From positions 98,345-162,344 of the forward strand of contig CAZNUP010000001.1 in the NCBI GenBank assembly GCA_964576435.1: a stretch of 64,000 nucleotides of DNA. Direction: 5' to 3'. Shown here piece after piece: positions 37,916 through 47,101 of the stretch (its first letter is position 1; every line of letters starts with the position of its first letter). Made by a program: the position numbers and the translations under genes. The notes beneath the pieces are model-generated. The model was not told the origin of the DNA. It worked only from the letters and a program-made list of their open reading frames with translations, and did no database searches. The stretch comes from an uncultured Gammaproteobacteria bacterium (GTDB lineage: Bacteria > Patescibacteriota > Microgenomatia > JAMCZE01).

Positions 37916-38398
37916 TTAGTGATCTCTTTTATTTGCAGTCTTCACTAGTCTTGCACTATAAACAATCTCCCGAAGCTCTCCTTCAGCATCTTCAAATTCC
38001 CGGGAGCCTGTAATTTTGGCATATTCCTGTAAATAGCTTGATAGTGCTTCTCGCATATCTTTAACTGACTGACTCATTTCTTTAACTTTTTCGGCTAGTT
38101 CCTTAAGAGTCGGTTGTTTTAAGATTTGTTGTTTAGTCGAATTTCTGATCTTAACTACTTCTTTAACTTTCTCTTCATGTTCCCTATAGGTGGGATCATT
38201 TGCAAATGCGTCAGTAAGCATTTGCTTGTGAGCCTTCATTTCTTCTTGTGCTCTATCTAAGTTTCCAATGTAACTTTGAATCAGATTGGTAATAGTAATT
38301 AAATCGTTAGCAGCTCCACTATCTTGAACTGGTTCAGAAACCTCTTGAACGGTTTCGACTACTTCGCCCTCAACAATTTTTTTATCGTCTGGATCCAT
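37916..38398 (-). CDS. Coiled-coil hypothetical protein
   Basis: Heptad-rich 160 aa, 'LSSYLQEY..TG...FED..GE.REIVY.ARLVK'; start set at ATG 38398. Confidence 0.8.
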   Translation of the reverse strand: MDPDDKKIVEGEVVETVQEVSEPVQDSGAANDLITITNLIQSYIGNLDRAQEEMKAHKQMLTDAFANDPTYREHEEKVKEVVKIRNSTKQQILKQPTLKELAEKVKEMSQSVKDMREALSSYLQEYAKITGSREFEDAEGELREIVYSARLVKTANKRDH

Positions 38399-38428
38399 AG
38401 AGCTAAAATATATTACAATTGAATAAGA

Positions 38429-38716
38429 ATGAGCAAGTATCAAAAATATTACCAACTAATGTTAGAGCAAAACACTGAGCTTTTTGCCAATTTTAAGGTG
38501 ATTCATGATAAATACGCAACTGATGCTGTAAAATATCAAAAGGAATTAAATGACATAGGACGAGATGTTCAAGATGTAATAAGGGATTGGGAAGGTAGAC
38601 TTTGTGGCCATTCTGAGAATAGTGGCTACGGGAAATTTTCGACTAGTCTATCGGACAAATTTTGGGACGAAGTAAGAAAGTCATTTCCAAAGGTAGACCA
38701 CATTGGCCTCCTATAG
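38429..38716 (+). CDS. Hypothetical helical protein
   Basis: 95 aa, 'IRDWEGRLCGHSE...YGKFS..LSDKFW.EVR'; divergent from the previous gene. Confidence 0.8.
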   Translation: MSKYQKYYQLMLEQNTELFANFKVIHDKYATDAVKYQKELNDIGRDVQDVIRDWEGRLCGHSENSGYGKFSTSLSDKFWDEVRKSFPKVDHIGLL

Positions 38717-38736
38717 ATTACTAAAAATAACGAGTT

Positions 38737-40149
38737 ATGATTCAAAAGAAAACAAAAATTGTTGCCACCTTAGGTCCTGCCACTGTTGACTCAAAAACAA
38801 TTGAAGAACTAGCCAAAGCTGGTATGAATGTTGCTAGGCTCAACTTTTCTCATGGCACTCATGAGCAAATGGCCACTTTTATTCAAACTGTACGAAAAAT
38901 ATCACAAGATCTAAATTTACCTCTCGCAGTTCTTGCTGACCTTCAAGGTCCCAAAATGCGTCTTGGCAAATTTGAGGGGAAAAGAACACTAACTAAAGGA
39001 AAAACAGTATCACTTTCAATTAGTCCAAAAGGTGACGAACTCCCAATCCAGTTTGATTTGTCCCGCTTTGTAGTTGAAGGTCAACGCATTTTTATAAACG
39101 ACGGCCTAATTGAATTAGTAGTCACAAAAGTTGATGGTCAGACAATTGAAACTGACATCAAAAGTACTGGAGAAGTATCCTCAAATAAAGGCCTAAACAT
39201 CCCAGATACAAAAATTGGAGTAGCCGCTTTTACAGATAAAGACAAAGCAGATGCCGAGTTTTCCTTAAAGCAAGGCGTCGACTATGTGGCCTTGTCTTTT
39301 GTCGAATCAGGGACTGATTTAGACCCTCTTAAAGAAATGATTGCACGATTAAGTCCTGATACTAAAACCATAGTTAAAATAGAACGCCGTGAAGCTCTTG
39401 TCAATCTTGACTCCATTTTAGCTGCAGCGGACGCAGTCATGGTGGCCCGTGGTGATTTAGCAACCGAGACCTCTCCAGCAGAAATTCCAGTTTTCCAACA
39501 AAAAATTATCAGATTAGCAAGACAAGCACACAAGCCGGTGATAGTTGCTACTCAAATGCTTGAATCAATGACGGAAAACCCAAGGCCAACCAGAGCCGAA
39601 GCATCAGATGTGGCGAATGCCGTTTTTATTCAAGCTGACGCTGTAATGCTTTCAGCCGAATCCGCCTCAGGCAAGTACCCTGTTGAAGCGGTCCAAACCA
39701 TGACCGACATCATAACTTCAGTTGAAGAACATCCAGATTTCAAACAATACATCAAGATTAATTGGGACACATTTATTGGCAAAAATTTGGAGATGGGCGC
39801 CATTGCCTCATCTGCTGCAGCCCTCGCCTATAGATTAAATTCCCCGTTGATTGCAGTCGCAACTGCAACAGGCAGAACCGCCAGTTTAATTTCTTCATTT
39901 AGGCCGAGTGCAAATATTGTTGCGATAACTCATGATGACAAAACTAAAAACCAATTAGCTCTATTCTGGGGTGTAACGCCAGTTGTCGTTAAACCTGTAC
40001 CAGAAACAGATATATTTTGGCAAAACATACTGACGACCATTTCTGAAGGGAATTATATTGAAAAAGAGAACACCATTGTTCTTGTGGGTGGTAGTGGAAA
40101 TATCGGTGTTTCAGGTGCCACCGACACCATAAAAATTGTTCGGGTCTAG
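38737..40149 (+). CDS. pyk: Pyruvate kinase
   Basis: 'TKIVATLGPA', 'ARLNFSHG', 'DLQGPKMR', 'VMVARGDL', 'ATQMLESM', 'PTRAEASDVANA'. Confidence 0.98.
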   Translation: MIQKKTKIVATLGPATVDSKTIEELAKAGMNVARLNFSHGTHEQMATFIQTVRKISQDLNLPLAVLADLQGPKMRLGKFEGKRTLTKGKTVSLSISPKGDELPIQFDLSRFVVEGQRIFINDGLIELVVTKVDGQTIETDIKSTGEVSSNKGLNIPDTKIGVAAFTDKDKADAEFSLKQGVDYVALSFVESGTDLDPLKEMIARLSPDTKTIVKIERREALVNLDSILAAADAVMVARGDLATETSPAEIPVFQQKIIRLARQAHKPVIVATQMLESMTENPRPTRAEASDVANAVFIQADAVMLSAESASGKYPVEAVQTMTDIITSVEEHPDFKQYIKINWDTFIGKNLEMGAIASSAAALAYRLNSPLIAVATATGRTASLISSFRPSANIVAITHDDKTKNQLALFWGVTPVVVKPVPETDIFWQNILTTISEGNYIEKENTIVLVGGSGNIGVSGATDTIKIVRV

Positions 40150-40171
40150 TCTTTTGGTGTATTATAAAAGT

Positions 40172-41236
40172 GTGCTGTCCAACAAATTTATTCTCCATTT
40201 GTCTGACATAACCCCAACCGACAAACATCTTGTAGGTAGTGACATTTTGTATCTAGCAACTCTTAAGGAATCAGGATTCAATGTTTCAGATGGATTCGTG
40301 CTAACTACTAACTTTTTTGATCATTTTCTAAAATCAAATAAACTTGATCAAAAAATTAACACCATTTTAAATTTACAAAACAACACTGATCCACAAGACA
40401 AACTCCTAAAATCCCTTGAGGTTAAAAGGTTGATAGAGGAATCTCATTTCCCCAAAGATCTAGAAAATGAGCTCTTAACAAGTTTTTTGTCTCTTGGCTC
40501 TGGAAGCCTCATTGCCAAAGATGTTTATGGACATAAAGTTGAGATTCAAGGTGAATCAAACTTGGCGGAATTTATTAAGTCTCATTATAAGAGGCAATTC
40601 GATCCAGATTACACAAAAAAACCCTATCTTTTGATTCAGAAAAAACTTCCAGCAACTAACTTTGTTGAAATACATTCTTTCGACACAAATACTCTTGATA
40701 AAACCAAGGTAATTTTTAAATCAGAATCCGACATAAAAATTATAGACCGCATAAATCCGGGAGATGTTAATGCTTTTGTTGAAACTTTCCTACAGTTAGA
40801 ACGCCACTATTTTTTCCCTCTTAAAGCTAAGTTTGAACTTGTTAAAGGTTTAATCTATTTAACAGACATTTCCCCCTTAACATTCGTTTCCCCAAAGGAG
40901 TCTATAAAGCGGCCAGAACTAGAATCAACTAAAACTAATGAAGCTAAAAATGTTTTCCGCGGTATCCCCACGAGTCCAGGTAGAAAAACTGCTCCAGTAA
41001 GACTTGGCAAGCCATTAAGTCATGGCGATATTCTTTATGTCGAAGAAACAAATAACACCTTGCTAGTCGAAATGCACAAAGCCTCAGCAATAATCACAAG
41101 AAAAGGTCACAAACACTCTCATGCAGCAGTTTTTGCAAAGAAAAGAGGAATTCCCTCGCTAGTAATTGAAGACATAACATTAAAAAATGGTCAGGTTATA
41201 ACAGTTGATGGAATAACAGGGGAGGTGATAACTTGA
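40172..41236 (+). CDS. Truncated/degenerate PEP-synthase-like protein (eroded PPDK_N plus PEP-utiliser mobile domain)
   Basis: 'LVGSD..YLATL...GFNVSDGFVLTTNFF'; C-term 'GIPTSPG', 'ASAIITRKGHKHSHAAVFAKKRGIPSLV', 'ITVDGITGEV'. Start GTG 40172 (TATTAT 6 nt upstream); ORF track gives 40136. Confidence 0.75.
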   Translation: MLSNKFILHLSDITPTDKHLVGSDILYLATLKESGFNVSDGFVLTTNFFDHFLKSNKLDQKINTILNLQNNTDPQDKLLKSLEVKRLIEESHFPKDLENELLTSFLSLGSGSLIAKDVYGHKVEIQGESNLAEFIKSHYKRQFDPDYTKKPYLLIQKKLPATNFVEIHSFDTNTLDKTKVIFKSESDIKIIDRINPGDVNAFVETFLQLERHYFFPLKAKFELVKGLIYLTDISPLTFVSPKESIKRPELESTKTNEAKNVFRGIPTSPGRKTAPVRLGKPLSHGDILYVEETNNTLLVEMHKASAIITRKGHKHSHAAVFAKKRGIPSLVIEDITLKNGQVITVDGITGEVIT

Positions 41237-41436
41237 AATCCGTAAAATATCTTCATAAATATTTCTCTGAGCATATTTGGTATGCTAAGCTTGTTTACAT
41301 TCTAGCAGGCATGGGTCTTGGAGTTTTAATAGTCTATCCAATTGTTGGTGTTCATCCAGTCCGTTGGGGTATTGGCCTTTTAGTTATTGCAGCCATTCTC
41401 CAATTCCTGCCTCTTTTAATGAAAGGTAAGAAGTAA
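41233..41436 (+). CDS. Small two-TM protein
   Basis: 'KLVYILAGMGLGVLI...HPVRWG'; overlaps or abuts both neighbours. Confidence 0.78.
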   Translation: MKSVKYLHKYFSEHIWYAKLVYILAGMGLGVLIVYPIVGVHPVRWGIGLLVIAAILQFLPLLMKGKK

Positions 41437-42120
41437 GTGGTAAAGTCAAAAACACCTGAAAATAGGTTGCGAGACATAATTCTCGGCGGCCAGGATGGCT
41501 TAGTTAATGTTCTTGGTATTGTTCTTGGTGTTGCTGTTGCAACTAACGATATTGGCATTTTAATTACAGCAGCTCTCTCGGCAGCTTTTGCCGAGGCAAT
41601 CTCCATGGGGGCAGTTGCTTATACATCGGAAATTTCCGATCACGACAGATATTTGAAAGAAAGAACTAAAGAACTAAAAGGAACTGAAACTAATCCCGAA
41701 GAAGAAAAAGCTGAAATCAGGGAAATCTATATGGCAAAAGGTTTTTCCGGAAAGATTCTTGACGACATTGTTGAAACGATTACCTCAAATAAAAAAGTTT
41801 GGGTCGACACCATGATGGAAGAAGAACTAAAGATTCAGGATATTTCGCCAAAAACTGTTTTTCTTTCCTCAACTGTTGTAGGTATCGCTTCTCTCATCGG
41901 AGCATTAATTCCGGTCATTCCATTTTTTATATTCCCAAAAGATCAAGCAATTCCAATTTCTTTAGTCTTAAGTTGTGTTGCACTCTTCAGTGTTGGTGTC
42001 TATGAAGCAAAAACCTATGTAGGTGTTTGGTGGAAGAACGGCTTAAGGATCAGTCTAATTGGTATGGGCGCTGCTGCAGCTGGCTACGCAATTGGCTTAA
42101 TCTTCGGGTCTCAATTTTAG
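41437..42120 (+). CDS. VIT1/CCC1 family metal transporter
   Basis: 'LRDIILGGQDGLV', 'AISMGA..YTS', 'EE..EIREIY..KG', 'MMEEEL', 'IGALIPVIPF'. Confidence 0.93.
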   Translation: MVKSKTPENRLRDIILGGQDGLVNVLGIVLGVAVATNDIGILITAALSAAFAEAISMGAVAYTSEISDHDRYLKERTKELKGTETNPEEEKAEIREIYMAKGFSGKILDDIVETITSNKKVWVDTMMEEELKIQDISPKTVFLSSTVVGIASLIGALIPVIPFFIFPKDQAIPISLVLSCVALFSVGVYEAKTYVGVWWKNGLRISLIGMGAAAAGYAIGLIFGSQF

Positions 42121-42137
42121 TAAAGTCGACTTTACTA
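42118..42137. promoter_or_regulatory. Perfect 20-bp palindrome, candidate operator
   Basis: TAGTAAAGTCGACTTTACTA equals its own reverse complement (no loop); upstream of the wHTH-NUDIX gene. Confidence 0.55.
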
Positions 42138-42170
42138 GACTTTCTTTAAAATTAGTTGAAAATACGAGTC

Positions 42171-42863
42171 ATGGAACTAAAAATTCATGACTTTCAAATA
42201 TTAATTCTGAGAGAACTACTTTTTAAACCAGGTGCACGGTTTAGTGATCTTAAGAAAGTCGATGTCACCAATGACCATTTTTCCTTTCATATAAACCATC
42301 TTCTAAAAGAAAACCTAATTAAAAAAGAAAATGGGAAATATTTCTTAACTACCGAAGGTAAGGAGTTTGCAAACCGCATGGATACTGACTCCTTAAAGCT
42401 AGAAAAGCAAGGAAAGTTGGCAATTGCTATCCATGCTGTCCGAACTAAAGACGGCAAAAAAGAATACCTGATTCACAAAAGACTAAAGGAACCATTTTTT
42501 GGTTGGTATGGTTCCCAAAGTGGCAAAATTCGTTGGGGAGAAAATCCGCTTGACTGTGCCAAAAGAGAATTCCTTGAGGAGACAGGGCTGACTGGCGATT
42601 TTACATTGAAGAAAATCCACCACGATTTTGTTTTAGATAAATCAGGCAAAATTTTAGAAGATAAATATTTCTGGGTTTATCGTGTGGACAATGTTAGTGG
42701 AAAGTTAAAGGAAAAGATTAAAGAAGGAGAAAATATATGGGTAACAAAAGAACAATATAAAAAACTAAAAAATGTATTTGCTTCTTTTGAATCAATGTCA
42801 GAAACCATTGAAAGCGACATTCTATTTTATTCAGATAAAACTTCAGTAGCTGATAAATTCTAA
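42171..42863 (+). CDS. Winged-HTH plus NUDIX fusion protein
   Basis: 'ILRELLF.PGARFSDL......HFSFHINHL..ENLI.K...KYFLTTEGK' then 'SGKIRWGENPLDCAKREFLEETG'. Start ATG 42171 (alternative TTG 42156). Confidence 0.87.
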   Translation: MELKIHDFQILILRELLFKPGARFSDLKKVDVTNDHFSFHINHLLKENLIKKENGKYFLTTEGKEFANRMDTDSLKLEKQGKLAIAIHAVRTKDGKKEYLIHKRLKEPFFGWYGSQSGKIRWGENPLDCAKREFLEETGLTGDFTLKKIHHDFVLDKSGKILEDKYFWVYRVDNVSGKLKEKIKEGENIWVTKEQYKKLKNVFASFESMSETIESDILFYSDKTSVADKF

Positions 42864-42875
42864 ATTGGACTAACT

Positions 42876-43814
42876 CTATTGAAGTAATTTCTTCAATTTT
42901 TCCAAAGCATCAAAGTCGTGAATTGAAACCGGTAGTACTTTTTTCTTTGTAGCTTTCAAAATCTCAATTTTTTTCTCAACTTCTTCTTTTGAAACCATAT
43001 CAGTCTTTGTTAAAAGGATTATTTCTCTCTTTTTAACCATTTCAGGATTAAAGCTCTTAAGTTCATTTCTAATAACTTTATAATCTCCAATCGGGTCTTC
43101 ACTTGTTGCCGCGATGCAGTGGAGAAGAACAGGAACTTTTTCAATATGCTTCAAAAATTTTATCCCTAAACCCTTTCCCAGTGATGCTCCCTCAATAAGG
43201 CCCGGGATATCAGCAAGAACTTTTGTGTTAAATACTCCAAGATTTGGTTCAAGTGTTGTGAATGGATAATCAGCTGTTTTTACATTTGCTGCAGTCAGTT
43301 CATTAAGTAAACTACTTTTTCCAGCATTAGGAAGTCCAATAAAACCAAAATCAGCAATGTATTTAAGGGCTAGATCTAAATCTCGCCTTTTTCCAGGAAG
43401 TCCAACTTGTGCTTTCATTGGCGTTGTATTTCTGGCTGAGCGCAATTGATAATTTCCAAGCCCTCCAAGTCCACCCTGACAAATTAGAAGTCGTTCATCA
43501 TTCCTGTCAAAACTCCACACCTCTCCAGTCTGAATATCAGTCATTTCAGTCCCTGCAGGAACTACAATTTCTAAATCATTAGCATTCCGTCCCGATTTTT
43601 GATTGCTCATTCCCATTTGTCCATCTTCTGCTTTAAAGTAGGTTTGCCCCTTGAATCTGCTAAGTGCTGTTAAGTCAGAAACAACTCGAATATAAACATC
43701 CCCACCACGTCCTCCATTTCCTCCGTCTGGTCCAATGCCTTTTTTGAAAAACGACACCTTCCCAGGTCCTCCATGACCTGCTTCGAGTGTAATTTGCGCT
43801 TCATCAACTAACAT
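42876..43814 (-). CDS. obgE: GTPase ObgE/CgtA (no C-terminal extension)
   Basis: 'GPDGGNGGRGG', 'GLPNAGKSSL', 'ADYPFTTLEPNLG', 'ADIPGLIEGA', 'TKTD'. Confidence 0.97.
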   Translation of the reverse strand: MLVDEAQITLEAGHGGPGKVSFFKKGIGPDGGNGGRGGDVYIRVVSDLTALSRFKGQTYFKAEDGQMGMSNQKSGRNANDLEIVVPAGTEMTDIQTGEVWSFDRNDERLLICQGGLGGLGNYQLRSARNTTPMKAQVGLPGKRRDLDLALKYIADFGFIGLPNAGKSSLLNELTAANVKTADYPFTTLEPNLGVFNTKVLADIPGLIEGASLGKGLGIKFLKHIEKVPVLLHCIAATSEDPIGDYKVIRNELKSFNPEMVKKREIILLTKTDMVSKEEVEKKIEILKATKKKVLPVSIHDFDALEKLKKLLQ

Positions 43815-43924
43815 ATATAGGTATTTTACTCTATTTGAAACTTATAGTGACAAATTGTGGTTAAAGCCACAAAAAATCAAATACCAATTGTTAATACGCT
43901 TTATCTGTGATAAAGTGTTAGTAC

Positions 43925-44203
43925 TTGATTACACAAACTTCTTCTTTTGTTAATCCCTGCCCCCGGTGCGGAAAAGCTCGTGTCACCGGTAAGACTTGGA
44001 CGGAAGAGATCACCACTCTTTCGGGTGTTTCTCTTGTGACCCACACTCAAACTCTTTGCCCAGATGATGCCTGTCAAAAGCTGGTTGAAGAAAAGTTCAA
44101 CTTAGAAAAAGTTAAAAGTGATCAAATCAAAGAAGCTTTTGAAAAAAGAGCCGCCGAGAAGAAAATAGCCAGAGCTAAAGCCAAAAAAACAGTCCATGCC
44201 TGA
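43925..44203 (+). CDS. Zn-ribbon small protein
   Basis: 'CPRCGK' ... 'CPDDACQ' followed by a basic helix. Confidence 0.8.
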   Translation: MITQTSSFVNPCPRCGKARVTGKTWTEEITTLSGVSLVTHTQTLCPDDACQKLVEEKFNLEKVKSDQIKEAFEKRAAEKKIARAKAKKTVHA

Positions 44204-45278
44204 TCAGATCATTACTTGTCCTCACTGCCAACATGATTTTCCTCTCCAAGAAGCCTTCAAACATCAAATTGAAGAACAGGCTACCCTAAAAGTGCGTAAA
44301 GAAATAGAAGAAAAAACTAAGCTTGAACTAGAAGATCTTGAAAAACAACTATCAGAAAAAGATAAAAAGGTCGAAGAGATGCAAAAGTTTGAACTAGAGC
44401 TAAGAAAAGAAAAAAGACAAATTGAGGATGAGAAAAAACAACTAAAGCTGGAGGTTGAAAGACAACTAGACGAGCAAAGGAAAAAAATTGAAGAGTCAGT
44501 CACGAAACAAATTCTTGACGAACATAGACTCAAAGAAGCTGAAAAAGATAAATTGATTACTGATTTAAAAACGGCCCTTGAAGATGCCCAAAAAAAAGCT
44601 TCTCAAGGCTCACAGCAAACTCAAGGTGAAGTCCTGGAGTTAGAATTAGAAACGCTCCTAAAAAAAGAGTTTCCGCTCGACAATATAACTGAAGTAAAAA
44701 AGGGAATTAGGGGGGCTGATATTTTGCATGAAGTTGTTGATAGGAATGGCCGTGTTTGTGGAAGAATTCTTTGGGAATCCAAAAACGCTGAATGGAGTCA
44801 AACCTGGGCCCCAAAACTTAGGGAAGACCAAAGAGAAGCAAAAGCCGATTTGGCAGCTTTAGTTAGTGTCAAAATGCCAGACGGAGTAACTACATTTGTC
44901 TTTAAAGACAATGTCTGGATAACAACCCTTAATTGTTTTTTAGCTCTTGCCTACGCATTAAGGTTTAATTTAGTTCAAACTCAGCAAATTAAACTGGCAG
45001 CTTCTTCAAAAGGGGAAAAGAAAGATGAACTTTACGACTATATTACTGGCATGGAATTTAAACATAGAGTTGAATCAATGGTGGAAAGCTACACAACTCT
45101 TTTAGATGATATCGAAAAAGAAAAACGCTGGTTTACTGCTAAATGGTCGAGGCAAGAAAAAAGCTTAAGAAATCTCCTTGACCAAACAGGCTCTTTCCAT
45201 GGAGAGCTTGAATCAATAGTCGGTGCCAAACTTCCTCCGGTCAAAAATTTTTCTCTTGAAGACGGCAGCCTTGAGTAA
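44196..45278 (+). CDS. DUF2130 domain protein
   Basis: 'ITCPHC', long coiled coil, 'GSQQTQGEVLEL', 'EVKKGIRGAD', 'ILWESK', 'KLREDQR'. Confidence 0.9.
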   Translation: MPDQIITCPHCQHDFPLQEAFKHQIEEQATLKVRKEIEEKTKLELEDLEKQLSEKDKKVEEMQKFELELRKEKRQIEDEKKQLKLEVERQLDEQRKKIEESVTKQILDEHRLKEAEKDKLITDLKTALEDAQKKASQGSQQTQGEVLELELETLLKKEFPLDNITEVKKGIRGADILHEVVDRNGRVCGRILWESKNAEWSQTWAPKLREDQREAKADLAALVSVKMPDGVTTFVFKDNVWITTLNCFLALAYALRFNLVQTQQIKLAASSKGEKKDELYDYITGMEFKHRVESMVESYTTLLDDIEKEKRWFTAKWSRQEKSLRNLLDQTGSFHGELESIVGAKLPPVKNFSLEDGSLE

Positions 45279-45349
45279 TGTAGATGAAGTCACATGTCAA
45301 AAAGTCGTGGGTATTTTTAACTGAAATGTAGCCAATTCTAAGTAAAAAT

Positions 45350-45961
45350 TTACTGTCCTCTAAGTAATTTTAATGCTACAGGAAAAATCTCCTTCTCCCA
45401 AAGTGCATACTCTTTGGCTGCTGGATGGAGCCCGTCATTTGAGACAAGTTCTGGATCATTTTTCATTCCTTTCGAAATTGGAAACAGATCAACAACAGGT
45501 AATCCTCGCTCCTGTCCCTCTTTAAAAATTATTTGATTATATTCCTGTATCCCTTTTTCTGTATCTTTCTCTCCAGCAAGAATCTCTCCAATTTGTGTCA
45601 CAGAAAAATCGGGGATAGTAAGAAGGATTAATTTATTAGGATCAGTTAAAACTTTTTGCATCCGGTCAATTATTGTTTTTAGATTCGCAGAAAATTCAGA
45701 AATCGAAACATCCTGCACAAAATCATTAGATCCAATTAAAAGCGTTGAAAAATTAGGGTGATATTGTTCAAAAAGAGGTAGTTCAAGTTCAATTACGTGT
45801 CCAGTCATCCACCCTGTCTTAGCTGGGTTTGCAGTTAATTCAATATCAACCCCACTTTCTTTAAGGTGAGAAGTAAGAAGAAGCGGCCAAGATTCCTCTT
45901 TAGTCGCTCCTTCACATTTTGTATATGAGTCTCCAACAGGAACAAATTTAATCATACTCAC
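45350..45961 (-). CDS. SGNH/GDSL hydrolase
   Basis: 'VGDSYT', 'IGSND', 'DGLHP'. Confidence 0.93.
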   Translation of the reverse strand: MSMIKFVPVGDSYTKCEGATKEESWPLLLTSHLKESGVDIELTANPAKTGWMTGHVIELELPLFEQYHPNFSTLLIGSNDFVQDVSISEFSANLKTIIDRMQKVLTDPNKLILLTIPDFSVTQIGEILAGEKDTEKGIQEYNQIIFKEGQERGLPVVDLFPISKGMKNDPELVSNDGLHPAAKEYALWEKEIFPVALKLLRGQ

Positions 45962-45964
45962 AAG

Positions 45965-46177
45965 TTACATCGCTGGCCACCCAAGTGCCATCAACACCTC
46001 ATCAGCATTATTCCATGTTTTCCCAGGTTGTGTCATCATCTTCTGTTTCGCTTGATCCATAAGACCCGGATCTACATCTTTCCAGTTCTCACATGCTGCC
46101 ATTAGTTGTTCTGTTGCTGTTGGGTAAGTGACATGAGTTTTAACATGTTCAACAGCGGTTTTTACTTTGTCATCCAT
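45965..46177 (-). CDS. Small helical protein (MTH865/DUF2795-like)
   Basis: 'HVTYPTATEQLMAAC', 'KTWNNADEVL.ALG'; SD GGAGGTGA upstream. Confidence 0.7.
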   Translation of the reverse strand: MDDKVKTAVEHVKTHVTYPTATEQLMAACENWKDVDPGLMDQAKQKMMTQPGKTWNNADEVLMALGWPAM

Positions 46178-46682
46178 TATCCTTCACCTCCTTCTTAAAT
46201 TCTTCCATAAGTTTATGAACCTTCGGATCGATAATCAACCTACAATAAGGGTAACTTTTATTTCGGTCATAAAAATCCTGATGATAATCCTCAGCTGGAT
46301 AAAAATTCTTAAGTTCCAATATTTCCGTTACAGCGTCTTTAGGTTTTGCTTCTTCGGCAGCGTTTTTTTGCTCGCTACTTGTGTAGTAAATTCCTGACCT
46401 ATATTGTGTCCCAACGTCATTTCCTTGTCTATTTAGTGTTGTGTAGTCATGTGTTCTAAAAAATATTTCTAGAATCTTACTAAGAGGAATAATTTTTGGA
46501 TCAAATGTTATTTGCAAACTTTCCGCTGCTCCTGTGTCTCCCCCACACACGTCGTCATAACTGGGGTTAGAGATGTTGGAATTTGCGTAACCCGAGACCA
46601 CTTTGGAGACCCCTTTAAGTCTTTTAAAAATTGCTTCTGTGCACCAAAAGCATCCATTCGCCAGTGTGATTGTTTCTTCCAC
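46170..46682 (-). CDS. msrA: Peptide methionine sulfoxide reductase MsrA
   Basis: 'GCFWCTEA', 'RQGNDVGTQYRSGI', 'FYPAEDYHQ', 'YC'. Confidence 0.97.
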   Translation of the reverse strand: MEETITLANGCFWCTEAIFKRLKGVSKVVSGYANSNISNPSYDDVCGGDTGAAESLQITFDPKIIPLSKILEIFFRTHDYTTLNRQGNDVGTQYRSGIYYTSSEQKNAAEEAKPKDAVTEILELKNFYPAEDYHQDFYDRNKSYPYCRLIIDPKVHKLMEEFKKEVKDNG

Positions 46683-46705
46683 AAAAGTTAGTATATACTA
46701 CTTTT
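46683..46705. promoter_or_regulatory. Near-palindromic bidirectional promoter
   Basis: CACAAAAG-T-TAGTATATACTA-CTTTTGTG (46680-46708): TATACT on each strand, 6-7 nt before a GTG start on each strand. Confidence 0.7.
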
Positions 46706-47101
46706 GTGTCAGAAAAAGCAATTGGATACACCCTACTTGTTATTGGAATAGTCCTAATAGTTTTTGCGCTTGTTCGTATGTTTCTTGTTTTTACAGGCAC
46801 CATCCCTCCAGTGGACCTTTTTAATACTGGCGGCATATCTTTTGACCCCAGTTCCTTAATGAGTGCAACATCCATAAGTCCGACCACCGCCACAACTCCA
46901 GTTTCAGCTGCTAAACCTCAAGAATTAGTTTCAGCCGACTATTTAAACTTAACATCTAATATTTTTGCCGAACTGATTTTAATGGGTTTTGTCGCAAGTA
47001 TAGGTCAAAAGCTTGCCTCAACTGGTACTAGCCTAATTAGGCCCATAACTGTTAAACTCAAAGCTAAAGATGGTACTGAATATGTTGCCGACAAAAAATG
47101 A
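46706..47101 (+). CDS. Membrane protein, hypothetical
   Basis: 'EKAIGYTLLVIGIVLI', 'IGQKLASTGTSLIRPI.VKL'; start set at GTG 46706. Confidence 0.8.
   Translation: MSEKAIGYTLLVIGIVLIVFALVRMFLVFTGTIPPVDLFNTGGISFDPSSLMSATSISPTTATTPVSAAKPQELVSADYLNLTSNIFAELILMGFVASIGQKLASTGTSLIRPITVKLKAKDGTEYVADKK

Noticed and set aside
42876-43814. obgE as a truncated pseudogene
   Set aside because: Obg fold and G motifs are intact; only the variable C-terminal extension is missing.
43855-43872. TTGTGG/CCACAA inverted repeat between obgE and the Zn-ribbon gene
   Set aside because: Only 6-7 bp arms, single instance; compatible with chance.
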